Origin: Basidiobolus meristosporus CBS 931.73
Taxonomy: Eukaryota > Fungi > Basidiobolomycota
Length of the DNA stretch: 64,000 nucleotides
Assembly: GCA_002104905.1 (NCBI GenBank)
Contig: MCFE01000453.1
Location: 8,813 to 72,812 of the forward strand
Direction of reading: 5' to 3'
This document shows, piece after piece, positions 24,652 through 37,000 of the stretch (the stretch's first letter is position 1; each line of letters begins with the position of its first letter). Below the pieces are notes generated by a model that saw nothing but the letters and a program-made list of their open reading frames with translations, was not told the DNA's origin and did not search any database. The position numbers were made by a program, and so were the translations under genes.

Positions 24652-26146
24652 CTTACGAAGTTGGAATCCGGCTGCTTCTAAAACATGTGAAAACTCTTCT
24701 TCCTTACGCTCCTTTGTCCAGAACAATTCTGCCATCATCAGATCTAACTGATTGGCAAACCGGTCGTTGACCTTGGCATCCTTTGACATAACTATATCTG
24801 CTAACAACAGAGTCCCATTGTGTGGAATAGCTGTTCTGATGCTCTTCAGTATCTGGGTTGCTTCCGAGTCGGACCAGTTGTGGATAGTCCATCTCAGAAA
24901 ATACACTTGCGCGCCTGGACAAACTGATTCGAAGAAATCTCCTGGAAATTGAGTTGTTAATGACTGCATAGGAGCGCTAGCTTCAATTAGTAGTACCATA
25001 ATGGAAGGTTATCCGATCCAGCAGCTCGGGATAGTCTTTTTCCCATGCCTACATCAGTCAGCATTAGTCTTGGGGAGAAGTCAAGAAGGAAACGAGAGTT
25101 GTGTATGTACTGGCTTCGCCTGTTCAATCACGGCCTCTCTGTCGAAGAGCTTCCCCCGAAGCTCAGTGCGGTTTTTGAGAAGGTAGCGCAGAAATCCACC
25201 AGTGCCACCACCGATATCTGCAACCGTTTGGCCATTGTGGCGACTCCAGTCGTAGTCTGAGTGGTGGATGGAATATTAGCATGGCTGGCCAAGTGATGAT
25301 CACCAGGTATATCATTAGCAACCTTCAACCAGTCCGAAATTGGTCAGCTCAGACAACCCAATCATGGCATCCGAAAAGACTTTGACCATGTGCCTGTTCT
25401 CTGGTTTCTCGTAATGGGCCCATATCGAGTCGTCAGTATTGAAATACTCAGAAAATGCAGTTCTCTGTTGTTCAGGGTCTAGTGTGCACTGTAACTTGGT
25501 TGTAATTTCAAAGCCATCACCAGCCCTTTGTGGATAGAATGCTATCTTAGTTGAATTAAAGGAGTAATGGAATTCTCATTCTTACCAGAAATTCACCCAT
25601 CCACGCTGGGTTTCGGGGTGGAGTGAGCAAAGAAAGTCAGAAACCCTATTATTGGCATAGGTGCTTGACCCCACCTCGGTTTCTTGAAATAAACCCATAC
25701 GAATGCCTGTGCGAAGTGCCCTTTCTACAATTTGAGCAGTAAAATCGAGCTTAGGTTGTGTTGGCCACTTAAAATGTGGAACCATAAATTTACGTACCAA
25801 GCATCTCTGGTCTGGCATTTACTCTTTGTGCCAATTCATTCAAGTGTAGAGGGCCTTGCTGGAGAGCGTCAGCGACACCATATTTGCACAATGCGAAAAG
25901 AGCTCTGCTCTCCATATAGGAGCCAGCAAGTTGAGTGATACGTATAGTTGGCGGCAGAATGCTAGACTGCAGGTGATCCAACACGCAGCATAGCTGGTGT
26001 ACGGCCTTCCACGTATCTAAAGATTGGATGTACTTCTCGGGACGATCATTCTCAGCACCATGAAACAGGTCAAGATCCTCGATCTTTCCGGCTATCTGAG
26101 TAATCTGGTTGGCCAATTCTTCAAACACCTTCTCTTTAGTCGCCAT
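24601..26146 (-). CDS. Class II O-methyltransferase, copy 2 (6 exons, intact, most divergent)
   Basis: MATKEKVFEEL...ARPEML|ERALRTGIRMGLFQE...VNFW|AGDG...LVE|DYDW...VADIGGGTGG...|GDFFESVCPGAQVYFLRWTIHNW; same five intron positions as copy 1. Confidence 0.87.
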
Positions 26147-26865
26147 GCTTACACTAAGATTGATAAAGGTGCTAATATAAGAGGAATATAAGGTCTCTTC
26201 GAATGTTATATACTCCAAATTTTGGGTTTCTGAGTCACTGCGATATGCAACTCTAAGAAACGAAGTAAAAGTCCAGTCCTTATTATCAACAAATGGATCA
26301 TACACTTGGGTAGGACTTGCCACAATTAGAGTATTACTAATACTGAAGCGTGCCACGTAGATCGAAGCTCGAAATAGACCAATACTGTAGCAGGTTATAT
26401 GCATCATAGTAGTACCATGTTATTTCATACATGTAACGTTAAAGCAGCCATCGCTCTGTATATGTAAATCTTCTCGGATCATTTTCCATTACAGATGCAA
26501 TTGTGTTCTCACGATTTTACCACTTTTCAGTTGCCTATAGATGACGCGGGAATCGTGGTGCATCTGAAGCAAAGTACGTATGCGTTTGTTTCCGTTCAAT
26601 CAGAGGGGGTTCGAATTGAATAGTATGTAGTCGGGCTCCTTGGCCCATGCCAATCCACATAATGAACTTTGGCTGCTTGTTGTTTGACAGAACATGGGAT
26701 TACCACCTATGGACAGCTTTTTAGCCATCATACTCGCTTTGCAAGCGGTTCATCATATTTCTCAGACTAGAGTTTATTTCATAAGAACCTGTTTCAATAT
26801 CTATAGATTCCTAAACATGGAAGTGGTCTCTAACTGCTAACAAACCACAGCACACTAGTTCTACC

Positions 26866-28484
26866 TTAGCATGGCACGGCCTCAATGATCGATGAAAAGG
26901 CCCGCAGCTGCCAGACTCTACTAAACCTGAACCCTGAGGATTGAAAAAGATATTTGAACTCCTTCTCGTTGCGCTCCTTAGCCCAGGAGCTTGCTCCCAT
27001 CATGAGATCCATTTGATTCGCTATGCGATCACTGGTATTGGCATCTCTCGACATAACAATATCTGCTATCAGCAGTAGTCCGTTTGGAGGGATAGCTGCT
27101 CTGACACACTTAAGTATCTGAATTGACTGCTCGTCAGTCCAGTCATGAAGAATCCATCTCATGAAGTATACATCCGCACCTGGACAAACTGATTTGAAGA
27201 AGTCGCCTGGAAATAGGGGCGTTAGTGGGTGTAGACAAGCAAAAGCATTGGCTGGTAATACCCGGCTGAAAGGTGACACGATCCAGCAGCTCGGGGTGGT
27301 TTTTTTCCCATGCCTACATCAGTCAGCATTAGTCTTGGGGAGAAGTCAAGAAGGAGACGAGAGCAGTGTATGTACCGGTTTCGCCTGCTCAATCACGGCC
27401 TCTCTGTCGAAGAGCTTCCCCCGAAGCTCAGTGCGGTTTTTGAGAAGGTAGCGCAGAAATCCACCAGTGCCACCACCGATATCTGCAACCGTTTGGCCAT
27501 TGTGACGACTCCAGTCGTAGTCTGAGTGGTGGATGGAATGTTAGCATGGCTGGCCAAGTGATGATCACCAGGTATATCATTAGCAACCTTCAACCAGTCC
27601 GAAATTGGTCAGCTCAGACAACCCGATCATGGAATCCGAAAAGACTTTGATCATGTGTCTGTTCTCTGGTTTCTCGTAATGAACCCATATCGAGTCGTCA
27701 GTATTGAAATACTCGGAGAACACTGTCCTTTTCTGATTTGGATCCAGTGCATGATGGAACTTAGTTAATGTATTATACTTCTCCTTAGACCTAGATGAGA
27801 GTTGGGTCAATTTGATATGTCTACTATGCTACAATATTTAATTTACCAATAAACAATCCAGCCAAGCTGGCTTTTCGGATGATTGGAGCGAAGGAAGTCA
27901 GAGGTTCTGTTGTTGGCATAGATTCTTGATCCCACTTCGGTCTCTTGGAATAGTCCCAGCCGAATGCTGGTGCGAAGAACTCGCTCTGTGACAGGATCAG
28001 TCGGTTAGAAATGTATGGATCAGTGACCTTGCTGAGTCGTGGTTACATGAGGAGAAATAGTCATGAAGGCTACCAAGGCCAACGAGCCAAAGATCAACTC
28101 ACCAAGCATATCTGGCTTAGCATTCACTTTTTGCGCCAATTCGTCCAAGTGCAGCGGGCCATCCTGGAGTGCATCGGCAACTCGATAATTACCCAGCTCG
28201 GAAATGGCCTTGCTCTCTATGTAGGATCCGGCGAGCTGAGTTATATGTGTGGTCGGAGGCAAGATCCTACTTTGCAGGTGATCCAATGAGCACGACAATT
28301 GTTGGACTGCTTTCCAAGCTTCCAAGGATAAGTTGGATTGGCCACAACAGATGGTGGCAGCATCATTGTATATATCATGTTTCTCAAATTCTTTGGCCAC
28401 ATAAGTAGCTAACTCATTTAACTTTTGACATAACTGGATTACCATGACGCTTACATCCGCATTGGTTTTACTTGTTGGACTCAT
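26866..28484 (-). CDS. Class II O-methyltransferase, copy 3 (6 exons, intact)
   Basis: Same exon structure; VADIGGGTGG and GDFFKSVCPGADVYFMRWILHDW present; the frame is preserved across the introns. Confidence 0.87.
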
Positions 28485-29700
28485 TTACGGTGTTATTAAT
28501 ATACACAGATGTGGTCGTTATAGTAGCCTTATATATAGGGTATAGTGATTAGTAACCCTATGGTTACTCAATCGGATTATGGCATGACTGAAACAAGTTT
28601 TGAAATTCATTATTTCGAAGTACTAATAATGGGAATAACTGTTCGTAAGTTTACCTAGTTCGTTGATTAACGCTGAAACACATCCGTATTGCATCTCCAA
28701 TTGCAATAGTATGCCATGTGAGGCTTAAAACGATTTTTCAAGTTGAGTTCAAATATATACATCCTGACATGCTGTCTAACTAGAGGGTCAGGGTTTTGCG
28801 TACTTCACAAAGCCAGTCAAAGGATGGGTTTCTACCAAAGTGTGATTAGGCTAATTTCATCAGGTTGCAAAGAATGAATAGCATGCTTCATGCCACCATT
28901 ACTGATTGTTTGAAAGATGCGAGGGCTTCCTAAACGGGAATGTGGTGATAGACCATCGAGATACTAGTTCATTGCTAGGATCACTCACAAGTCCGAATAA
29001 GAATCATAGCTTCTGCAGATTAAACTTCCCAGCCTTTTTCCGCGACTCTGCACACAGCATTATGATATCCAGTCCAAGGCAAACATGTGTAATGCGAAGT
29101 TGAATCAACGGAACTAGAAGTGACAGCAGCCCAATGGTTCCTGTATTGAGCATATATTATATACCACAGTGCGATACAAATGGTAGCCAGCAAAAAGTAT
29201 GGATCATAAGTGAGGATAGCAATTCAATCCCTGATTTGGGCTGCAGGAATACTGCTGTGCACCAAAGAGTCCTTGGATTGGTAGGTGGCTAAATGATAAT
29301 TAATGGAGCTGAGTTGGTCTGGATTCAGGTCACGGTATCGAATGCCAGCTTTGTGAACATCAATCAGAAGTGAATGAACGGAGCCATTGATTGGGTGTAC
29401 AGAGCATGTCATGAGCTCGTTGTCCCGCGTTTCACCGGAGTGAGGAGAAACCCGCATGATTGGTACAAGAAACATTCATGTGGGAAACGTAGCACAACGC
29501 ATGGGGGCGAGCAGAGTGCTAGCGCACAGTCAGTCAGCCTATGGCCAGTCAAATCAGATCATGCGCTAACTGTGTCTGGAGAATGACAAAGTGAGCATCC
29601 GAGCAATTAAGAGCAGAAGAGATATACACGCCACCATCACTCGATTGTTGCCAATGCAGAGGTTGGATAGCGTTATACGGTTGCCAAAAATGGAACCTTT

Positions 29701-30005
29701 ATTGTGGTATAGCTTCAATAACTGACAAAGCAGCACGAAGTTAAAATTCGCCTGCTTTATAATGTGACCTTTTCAGTATGTGGGTTGCTATCGATTCGGA
29801 CCAGGTATGTATCATTTGACAATAGCAGGCTGAGTGGTGACACGATCCAGTAACCTGGGGTAATCTTTCTCCCATACCTACATCAATCAACGTTAGTCTT
29901 GTGCAAAAGTGAACAAGGAATATATAGTAGAACGGATACTTGTCTTGCCTGTCCAGCCAACCTCTCTCTGTCGAAGATCTTCCACAGAGCATTCAAACAT
30001 CTTAG
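29701..30005 (-). pseudogene. Degenerate O-methyltransferase relic (exon 4-5 remnants and internally deleted exon 6), copy-2-like
   Basis: Remnants read IFDRE, WEKDYPRLLDRV and SESIATHILK (cf. SDSEATQILK), then jump to the copy-2 terminal codons SVIEAIPQ* and its 3' flank. Confidence 0.7.
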
Positions 30006-30280
30006 TTACAATGTTAAGTGTCTGCTGGCCTGGGCTAGATGGTATGTAGTTAGGCTCTTTGGCTTACGCCTGTACGCACAATGTACTTCGATTACTTGTT
30101 GCTTAACAGAGCATGGGATTACCACCTATGGACAGCTTTTTAGCCATCATACTCGCTTTGCAAGCGGTTCATCATATTTCTCAGACTAGAGTTTATTTCA
30201 TAAATAATTGATTGAATATCCATAGATTCACAAACAAGGAATTGAATTCTACCAATTAATCGTGACGCACAAGTTCCGTC

Positions 30281-31900
30281 TTAGCATGGCACGGCCTCAA
30301 TGATCGATGAAAAGGCCCGCAGCTGCCAGACTCTACTAAACCTGAACCCTGAGGATTGAAAAAGATATTTGAACTCCTTTTCGGTACGCTCCTTAGCCAA
30401 GTAGGTTGCTCCCATCATAAGATCCATTTGATTCGCTATGCGATCACTGGTATTGGCATCTCTCGACATAACAATATCTGCTATCAGCAGTAGTCCGTTT
30501 GGAGGGATAGCTGCTCTGACACACTTAAGTATCTGAATTGACTGCTCGTCAGTCCAGTCATGAAGAATCCATCTCATGAAGTATACATCCGCACCTGGAC
30601 AAACTGATTTGAAGAAGTCGCCTGGAAATAGGGGCGTTAGTGGGTGTAGACAAGCAAAAGCATTGGCTGGTAATACCCGGCTGAAAGGTGACACGATCCA
30701 GCAGCTCGGGGTGGTTTTTTTCCCATGCCTACATCAGTCAGCATTAGTCTTGGGGAGAAGTCAAGAAGGAAACGAGAGCAGTGTATGTACCGGTTTCGCC
30801 TGCTCAATCACGGCCTCTCTGTCGAAGAGCTTCCCCCGAAGCTCAGTGCGGTTTTTGAGAAGGTAGCGCAGAAATCCACCAGTGCCACCACCGATATCTG
30901 CAACCGTTTGGCCATTGTGACGACTCCAGTCGTAGTCTGAGTGGTGGATGGAATGTTAGCATGGCTGGCCAAGTGATGATCACCAGGTATATCATTAGCA
31001 ACCTTCAACCAGTCCGAAATTGGTCAGCTCAGACAACCCGATCATGGCATCCGAAAAGACTTTGACCATGTGTCTGTTCTCTGGTTTCTCGTAATGAACC
31101 CATTTGGAGTCGTCGGTATCGAAATACTCGGAGAACACTGTCCTTTTCTGATTTGGATCCAGTGCATGATGGAATTTGGTCCATACATTGTAACTCTCGC
31201 CAGGCCTAAGGCAAAAGTTACTTAAACGTCAACATTTGGCATGCAACGTGTCTCATAGCTACCAGTATGTCACCCAACCAAGCTGGCTTCGCGGATGGCC
31301 GGAGCGAAGGAAGTCAGAGGCTCTGTTGTTGGCATAGATTCTCGATCCCACTTCGGTCTCTTGGAATAGTCCCAGCCGAATGCTGGTGCGAAGAACTCGC
31401 TCTGTGACAGGATCAGTCGGTTAGAAATGTATGGATCAGTGACCTTGCTGAGTCGTGGTTACATGAGGAGAAATAGTCATGAAGGCTACCAAGGCCAACG
31501 AGCCAAAGATCAACTCACCAAGCATATCTGGCTTAGCATTCACTTTTTGCGCCAATTCGTCCAAGTGCAGCGGGCCATCCTGGAGTGCATCGGCAACTCG
31601 ATAATTACCCAACTCGGAAACGGCCTTGCTCTCTATGTAGGATCCGGCAATCTGGGCTATACGTGTGGTCGGAGGCAAGATCCTACTCTGCAGGTGATCC
31701 AATGAGCACGACAATTGTTGGGCTGCTTTCCAAGCTTCCAAGGATAAGTTGGACTGGTCACAGCAAGTGGTGTCAGACTCGGTGTACTGGTCGAGTTCAT
31801 CCAACTTTTCGGTGACCTGAGCGATCCTCTTGCTCAGCTCTTCGAAGAGCTGTACTAATATGGCCGAAGGGTTTATTTCGGGATTTATGGTTGGACTCAT
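30281..31900 (-). CDS. Class II O-methyltransferase, copy 4 (6 exons, intact; 5' half copy-1-like, 3' half copy-3-like)
   Basis: MSPTINPEINPS... is almost identical to copy 1 in exons 1-3; exons 4-6 are almost identical to copy 3. Confidence 0.88.
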
Positions 31901-34025
31901 CTTGGGTGTTTGCTTTGAATTGGAAGCTTTGCATTCGTCATAGAAATCAGCCGTACTTTTTATATATCTCGAGGCGAACACGTCTCCCGAAATGTTTGAC
32001 TACACGGAATGGGTAATTATGGGCAATGCAGTGTGGTCTGAACGATACGACCTGAGACTTGACAATCGCACCTCTTCTCAATGAGGATTGGGTGACTACT
32101 AGATATCCCTTGGTTTTACTGGATTATTGGGCCTTAGCTGCATAAGGGTCGCACAATGCTTGGTCCCCTTGTACTTCCTCTATTCCACCTGCCGCCCGTT
32201 ATGCAGGGTGAGCATGATTAGTCGAATACCTACTCAGCCTTGGGTGATTAACGATTGATTGATTAGTTGCTTAATTAGCTGGCTGTTAATTCCAGCATCT
32301 GTGCTTGTCGAAGATTGCATTGCGGTACTAATCGGGCAAATAGACTGAACAACAACTTCATCTTAACTTGGAGCGTTGAAATTTGTTAAAGACTTGATCA
32401 TTGCTCTGCTTTCTGGGAAAGTACTGATATGATGTTTGTGCAAGTAGCCAGGTGAAGGGTTCTAATGACTTTATTCTCCCCTCTAATGGGCGGATCTGGA
32501 TACCTGCTGGTAGATTATGGTAATGTGGAATGATAGACATTCTTTGCCCAAAGAGAGACAACTTGCTATCTTATGCTTCCAAGATTGTAGAGTAGATATA
32601 ACAACCCACCATACCACATGCTAACTCCGAACCTAAGCTTCTTGAATTACTGTAAACCTGAGGTACATATGTCAAAAACTGTGTCTCTGATTATCTAGCT
32701 GATAATAATTGGTGGTATCTTTTTTAGGTCTGATAGTTAATTATCTTAATCCAGGGTATGAGTTCTCCCATCAGCAGAATTTTATCATTGCCAGTTCAGG
32801 TCATGTGTGCTACCTCATGCTAACATACACTTTGATTGTCACGGCACAAGAAAGTTCCCTCGGCGTTAGGGTTGCCACCGGCTGTACCTCGAGAAATAAT
32901 GCCCTTGAATCCTCCAAAGCCTCAAATAGGTACGTTAATAGCTCTGTACTAATCGGGTCCTTGCTTTCCAACTACCACATGTGGGGACGGAGTCGTGCAA
33001 ATAACGCACCTTGATGTGGGTAAGCGCGCAATCCGGATGTTCAGGATGGGTGTTTATCAAGGCGCAATGCTTTTTGGAGTAGTCAGGCCATCAAATTAAG
33101 GTAAACACGCTCTATCTTGACTAAATAGATCGGCAAAAGAGGAAATGGTGAGATAGACTGCGGGATGCGCCCCCCAGAGATTTCGATTGTGGTACATTGG
33201 ATCGATTCAGTAGAACCTAGCTAATGGCAGGCTGAATCATTGATTTCCATCCATTGAGCAAATTGGGTAATGTTATGTGGTCTGGTGTGTAGCATGGTTC
33301 CATTTTAGATGGACTTACGTAAAAGATTATCAGGCGATCGAGATCGGGGCGATCGCTCAAACCTTCATGTATTCAGACATCCTTACTAAACGGTGCCTCT
33401 GGGGAGCATGGAGGTAGGAGCATCATATTGGGTAAGCAATGCACCTCGTTTCATGCCCGGGGTCACACTGGTGACTATCCAAGGATGCCATAGGCATGAT
33501 TTTGGGTGGTTTTATTGATGTTGCAATCGTCGCCCAAGCCGATACATTGTAAACCCATTTAATCTATTAAGGGATCGGCACCATATCTATCTCGTTGGCA
33601 GCGTATATGGTGCAAGCCTCCATTCGGTTACCATCAATTTTTTAATGTAGTCACTAAGGTAGATCTGGAAGTGTTGCATCATTGATTCCTGCTTCCAGCT
33701 CTCCTCACAAGACATCATGGCGATTAGGGTAGTGGTTATATCCATATTTGTCACGGTGCCAAGGTCAAAAAACCCATCATCCCGTTACACTTCGCACCTA
33801 CAGGGTTGAAATGATTGGCCATTATGCATTCAAACAGAGGTCTGCCGTAACCGTAAACACTATCTAGAGGCACCATGATTTGTTCCAGGTAATTGTACCA
33901 ATTCGGCTCACAGATAAAACGATATCCCTGATGTTGATTGTACCGATTTTCCTATAAAGTTTATCCAGTCGACTTTTTTGGTGAAGAATACACTACTTTT
34001 CGTCTTCTTTGGAACTCTGCGTTGA

Positions 34026-37000
34026 ATGGCGAAGCACAAATTCCCACAAGATCTTATCGCTGTTATTGATAAAGAGCTTCACATCAAGTGCAATGACAAT
34101 CTTATTCCTTGCGAGAAAGAGCCAATTCATGTTCCTGGTGCTATTCAATCTCATGGCGCCCTAATGGCGCTATCGAGTACCTCCCTTCGGATTGAATACA
34201 TAAGCGAAAATCTTCCCACATATTTTGGAGTCCCTCATATAACACCTCAGGATTTTTTTAATTTACGTAGCTTTAACAAGCTTGTTTCCGACTCTCATCG
34301 GGACGACTTCCGTCGACGCCTTGATTCACTCCGTGATGCTTCCAAAGTAGGCGCTGATGGGTTTGTCCTCCATTTAGATACTACTCCATTCTGGAAATCC
34401 CCGAAGTACCAAGAAGCACTGCAGCCTCAATACAACCGCTCCCCTCCGCCCTACGACAACACTGACGGCACTCCCAGAAATCGAACCCAGCGTAGAGGCT
34501 ACTTCCCTACGACTCCTAATGGTGCTTTCGACGTACAGCCGCCAACTTCTAGCTCCGCCCATACGTATTATGATTACGAGAGCTCTGACGACGAGGAGGC
34601 CTCCGTATATGAGATCTCTTTTTATTGTAGTATGCACAAGTGTAGTAAAAACCCCAATCTTATCGTCCTCGAGTTCGAAGAGTACAACACTCTCTCACAT
34701 CAAGCATACGACAAGTTCTTCTTTTCGATGAACTCATTGGTCCATTCCTTCGGATCGGCGAAGTCCGTACAGGAGTTGTGCACGCTGGCTGTCAAATATG
34801 TTAAAAATGTGACTGGTTACGATAGGGTCATGATGTACCAATTCGACGAAGACTGGCATGGGGTTGTAATCGGTAAGCTCCGATTAATGATAGAGTATTG
34901 ATTTTGGCTGACATTGACCTTCCAATTCAGCCGAAGAAATTGATGAAGAATCAGACGCTGAGCGCTATCTCGGCATCCACTTTCCTGCTAGTGACATACC
35001 TAAGCAGGCCAGGTAGGCGTCCTTATGTTCTTCCACCTTGCAACCCGACATTCACCTTTCTCTCTCCCATCAACGGTACACAGAGAACTCTATCTGCTCA
35101 ACAAATCTCGCTACCTTGTCAATAGAAGTGCTCCAACCTCGAGAATTCTTCAAGCAAATCGCTCCCAGGCTCCAAGCGGACCAAACTCGCGAGACATGCG
35201 AGGCCCCGGTGGTAAACAATACTCCCAGGGTTCGAGTGACAACAGCATGGCAAGACCATTAACACAGCTCCAGATACCATGCCATTCCCAGTCAATGCTT
35301 AAATCACAGCATAGAGCTGGGAGCTCACAACAAATCCCATATGGTAAGCCGGTTGATATGACTTACTGTCACTTGAGGGCCATGAGCCCCATACATTTAA
35401 TTTATTTGAAGAATATGGGCGTTGAGTCTAGCATGAGTATCGGGGTCATTGTTTATGGCGTGCTTTGGGGCTTGATTTGTTGGTGAGTGCCCCTTTCTCA
35501 GTGATGATTTGTCAAGCCCATCTATTCCCCTATATCCCTACTAAGTTGCCAGTTCTGACCTTCAACTACATGTAGTCATCACTTCGAGCCGCTCCCGGTT
35601 ACCTACCAGGCTCGCACAGCTTGCGCCTATCTGGGAAATATTATATCCACCCAACTGGAGAATCTGATTAACCATATTCGATTCAAACAATGCGACCAAG
35701 TCAGGAAGCTATCCGAGGAGTATTGGGTGAAGCAGGGCCTAAAAAGACCGCCTGGAAAGAAGACGTTTTTGCCGTATCCTAATGATAGCGTGCTCAACAG
35801 CGAGATAGAGCCAGAGATGGGTGACGAAGATAAGGCAGTGCCCGCTGATGAACTGGAGCGCTTGTCAGAGAGGCGGAGCTATAGCGAATACCCTCTAGCT
35901 AGTGGTCACGAGTCTATGAATGAGCTCAAGAGTCGCATAATGACCGAGAAATTGCGTGAAGGCTTGATTGGCAATAATGCATATTCCACCTCCGCAGACG
36001 CCCCAGTAGAGTCTAAGCACACAACGGATGCTGATTGGGCGATGGCGTATGAGCGATTCATCCGCGCCACCGGTCCTGCCGTATGCAAGCTTGTAGGTGC
36101 GGATTACTCGTTTTTCATGATTCGTAATCGCGGGATAGCTATTCCCTCACCAGCGTTCATTCCTGATCCATGGGCATTGGAGAGATACGTAAATTACATC
36201 AAAGCCGCTGAGATCACGGACATTATCGTGTCGAATCACGTCTCCAAGGACTTCGAGGGGCTAAAGAGTTCAAGAGGACTTGCAGGGGTCATCCATATCC
36301 CGTTGAGCGACGACGGAAGAGACTGGATATGCTTTTGTAAGATGGAGGAAATCGCGCATGTGACCTGGGCGGTAGGCATCTCTATTCCATGGATCATAGA
36401 CCATACTACTCACCGCATTGATCAAATTATATAGGGAGAGCCGAAGAAGTTCTTGGAGCCTAGCGAGCCAACTGGTGATGGGTCAGGCCAACAGTTTCTG
36501 ATGCCAAGAACCTCGTTTTCCAGATGGACTCAAATAATAGAGGGGAAGTCGCCGCAGTGGAGTCAGGTCAACCCGGAGCTGCTGTTGACCATCAAATCGG
36601 TCTACGAAGAATCCCTGAAAACTTGGAAGAACAAAATGCTGATCATCGACAATCGTCAAGCCAGGGATAAAAACGCTGAGCTGGAGAGGGCGAAACGCAT
36701 TGCTGAGGAGAGTGACAAGAAAAAAAGCATGCTGTTGGCCAATGTGTCACACGAAGGTACCCATGTTGTGAATCGGATGATTCGGTGCGAAGGTATCACT
36801 CAACCATTTTACCAAATCGATTCTAGTGCGAACCCCTTTGCATGCCATCTCGGGGGTCATCGAGTTGGTGTTGGATACGCAGCTCGACGATGGGCAGAAG
36901 CAGATGTTGCTGGAGGCAAAGCTGGCCTCAAGTTCTTTGACATCCATTATCAACGATCTGCTCGACTTCGCTAAACTGGAGGCTGGCACTCTACCGCTAC

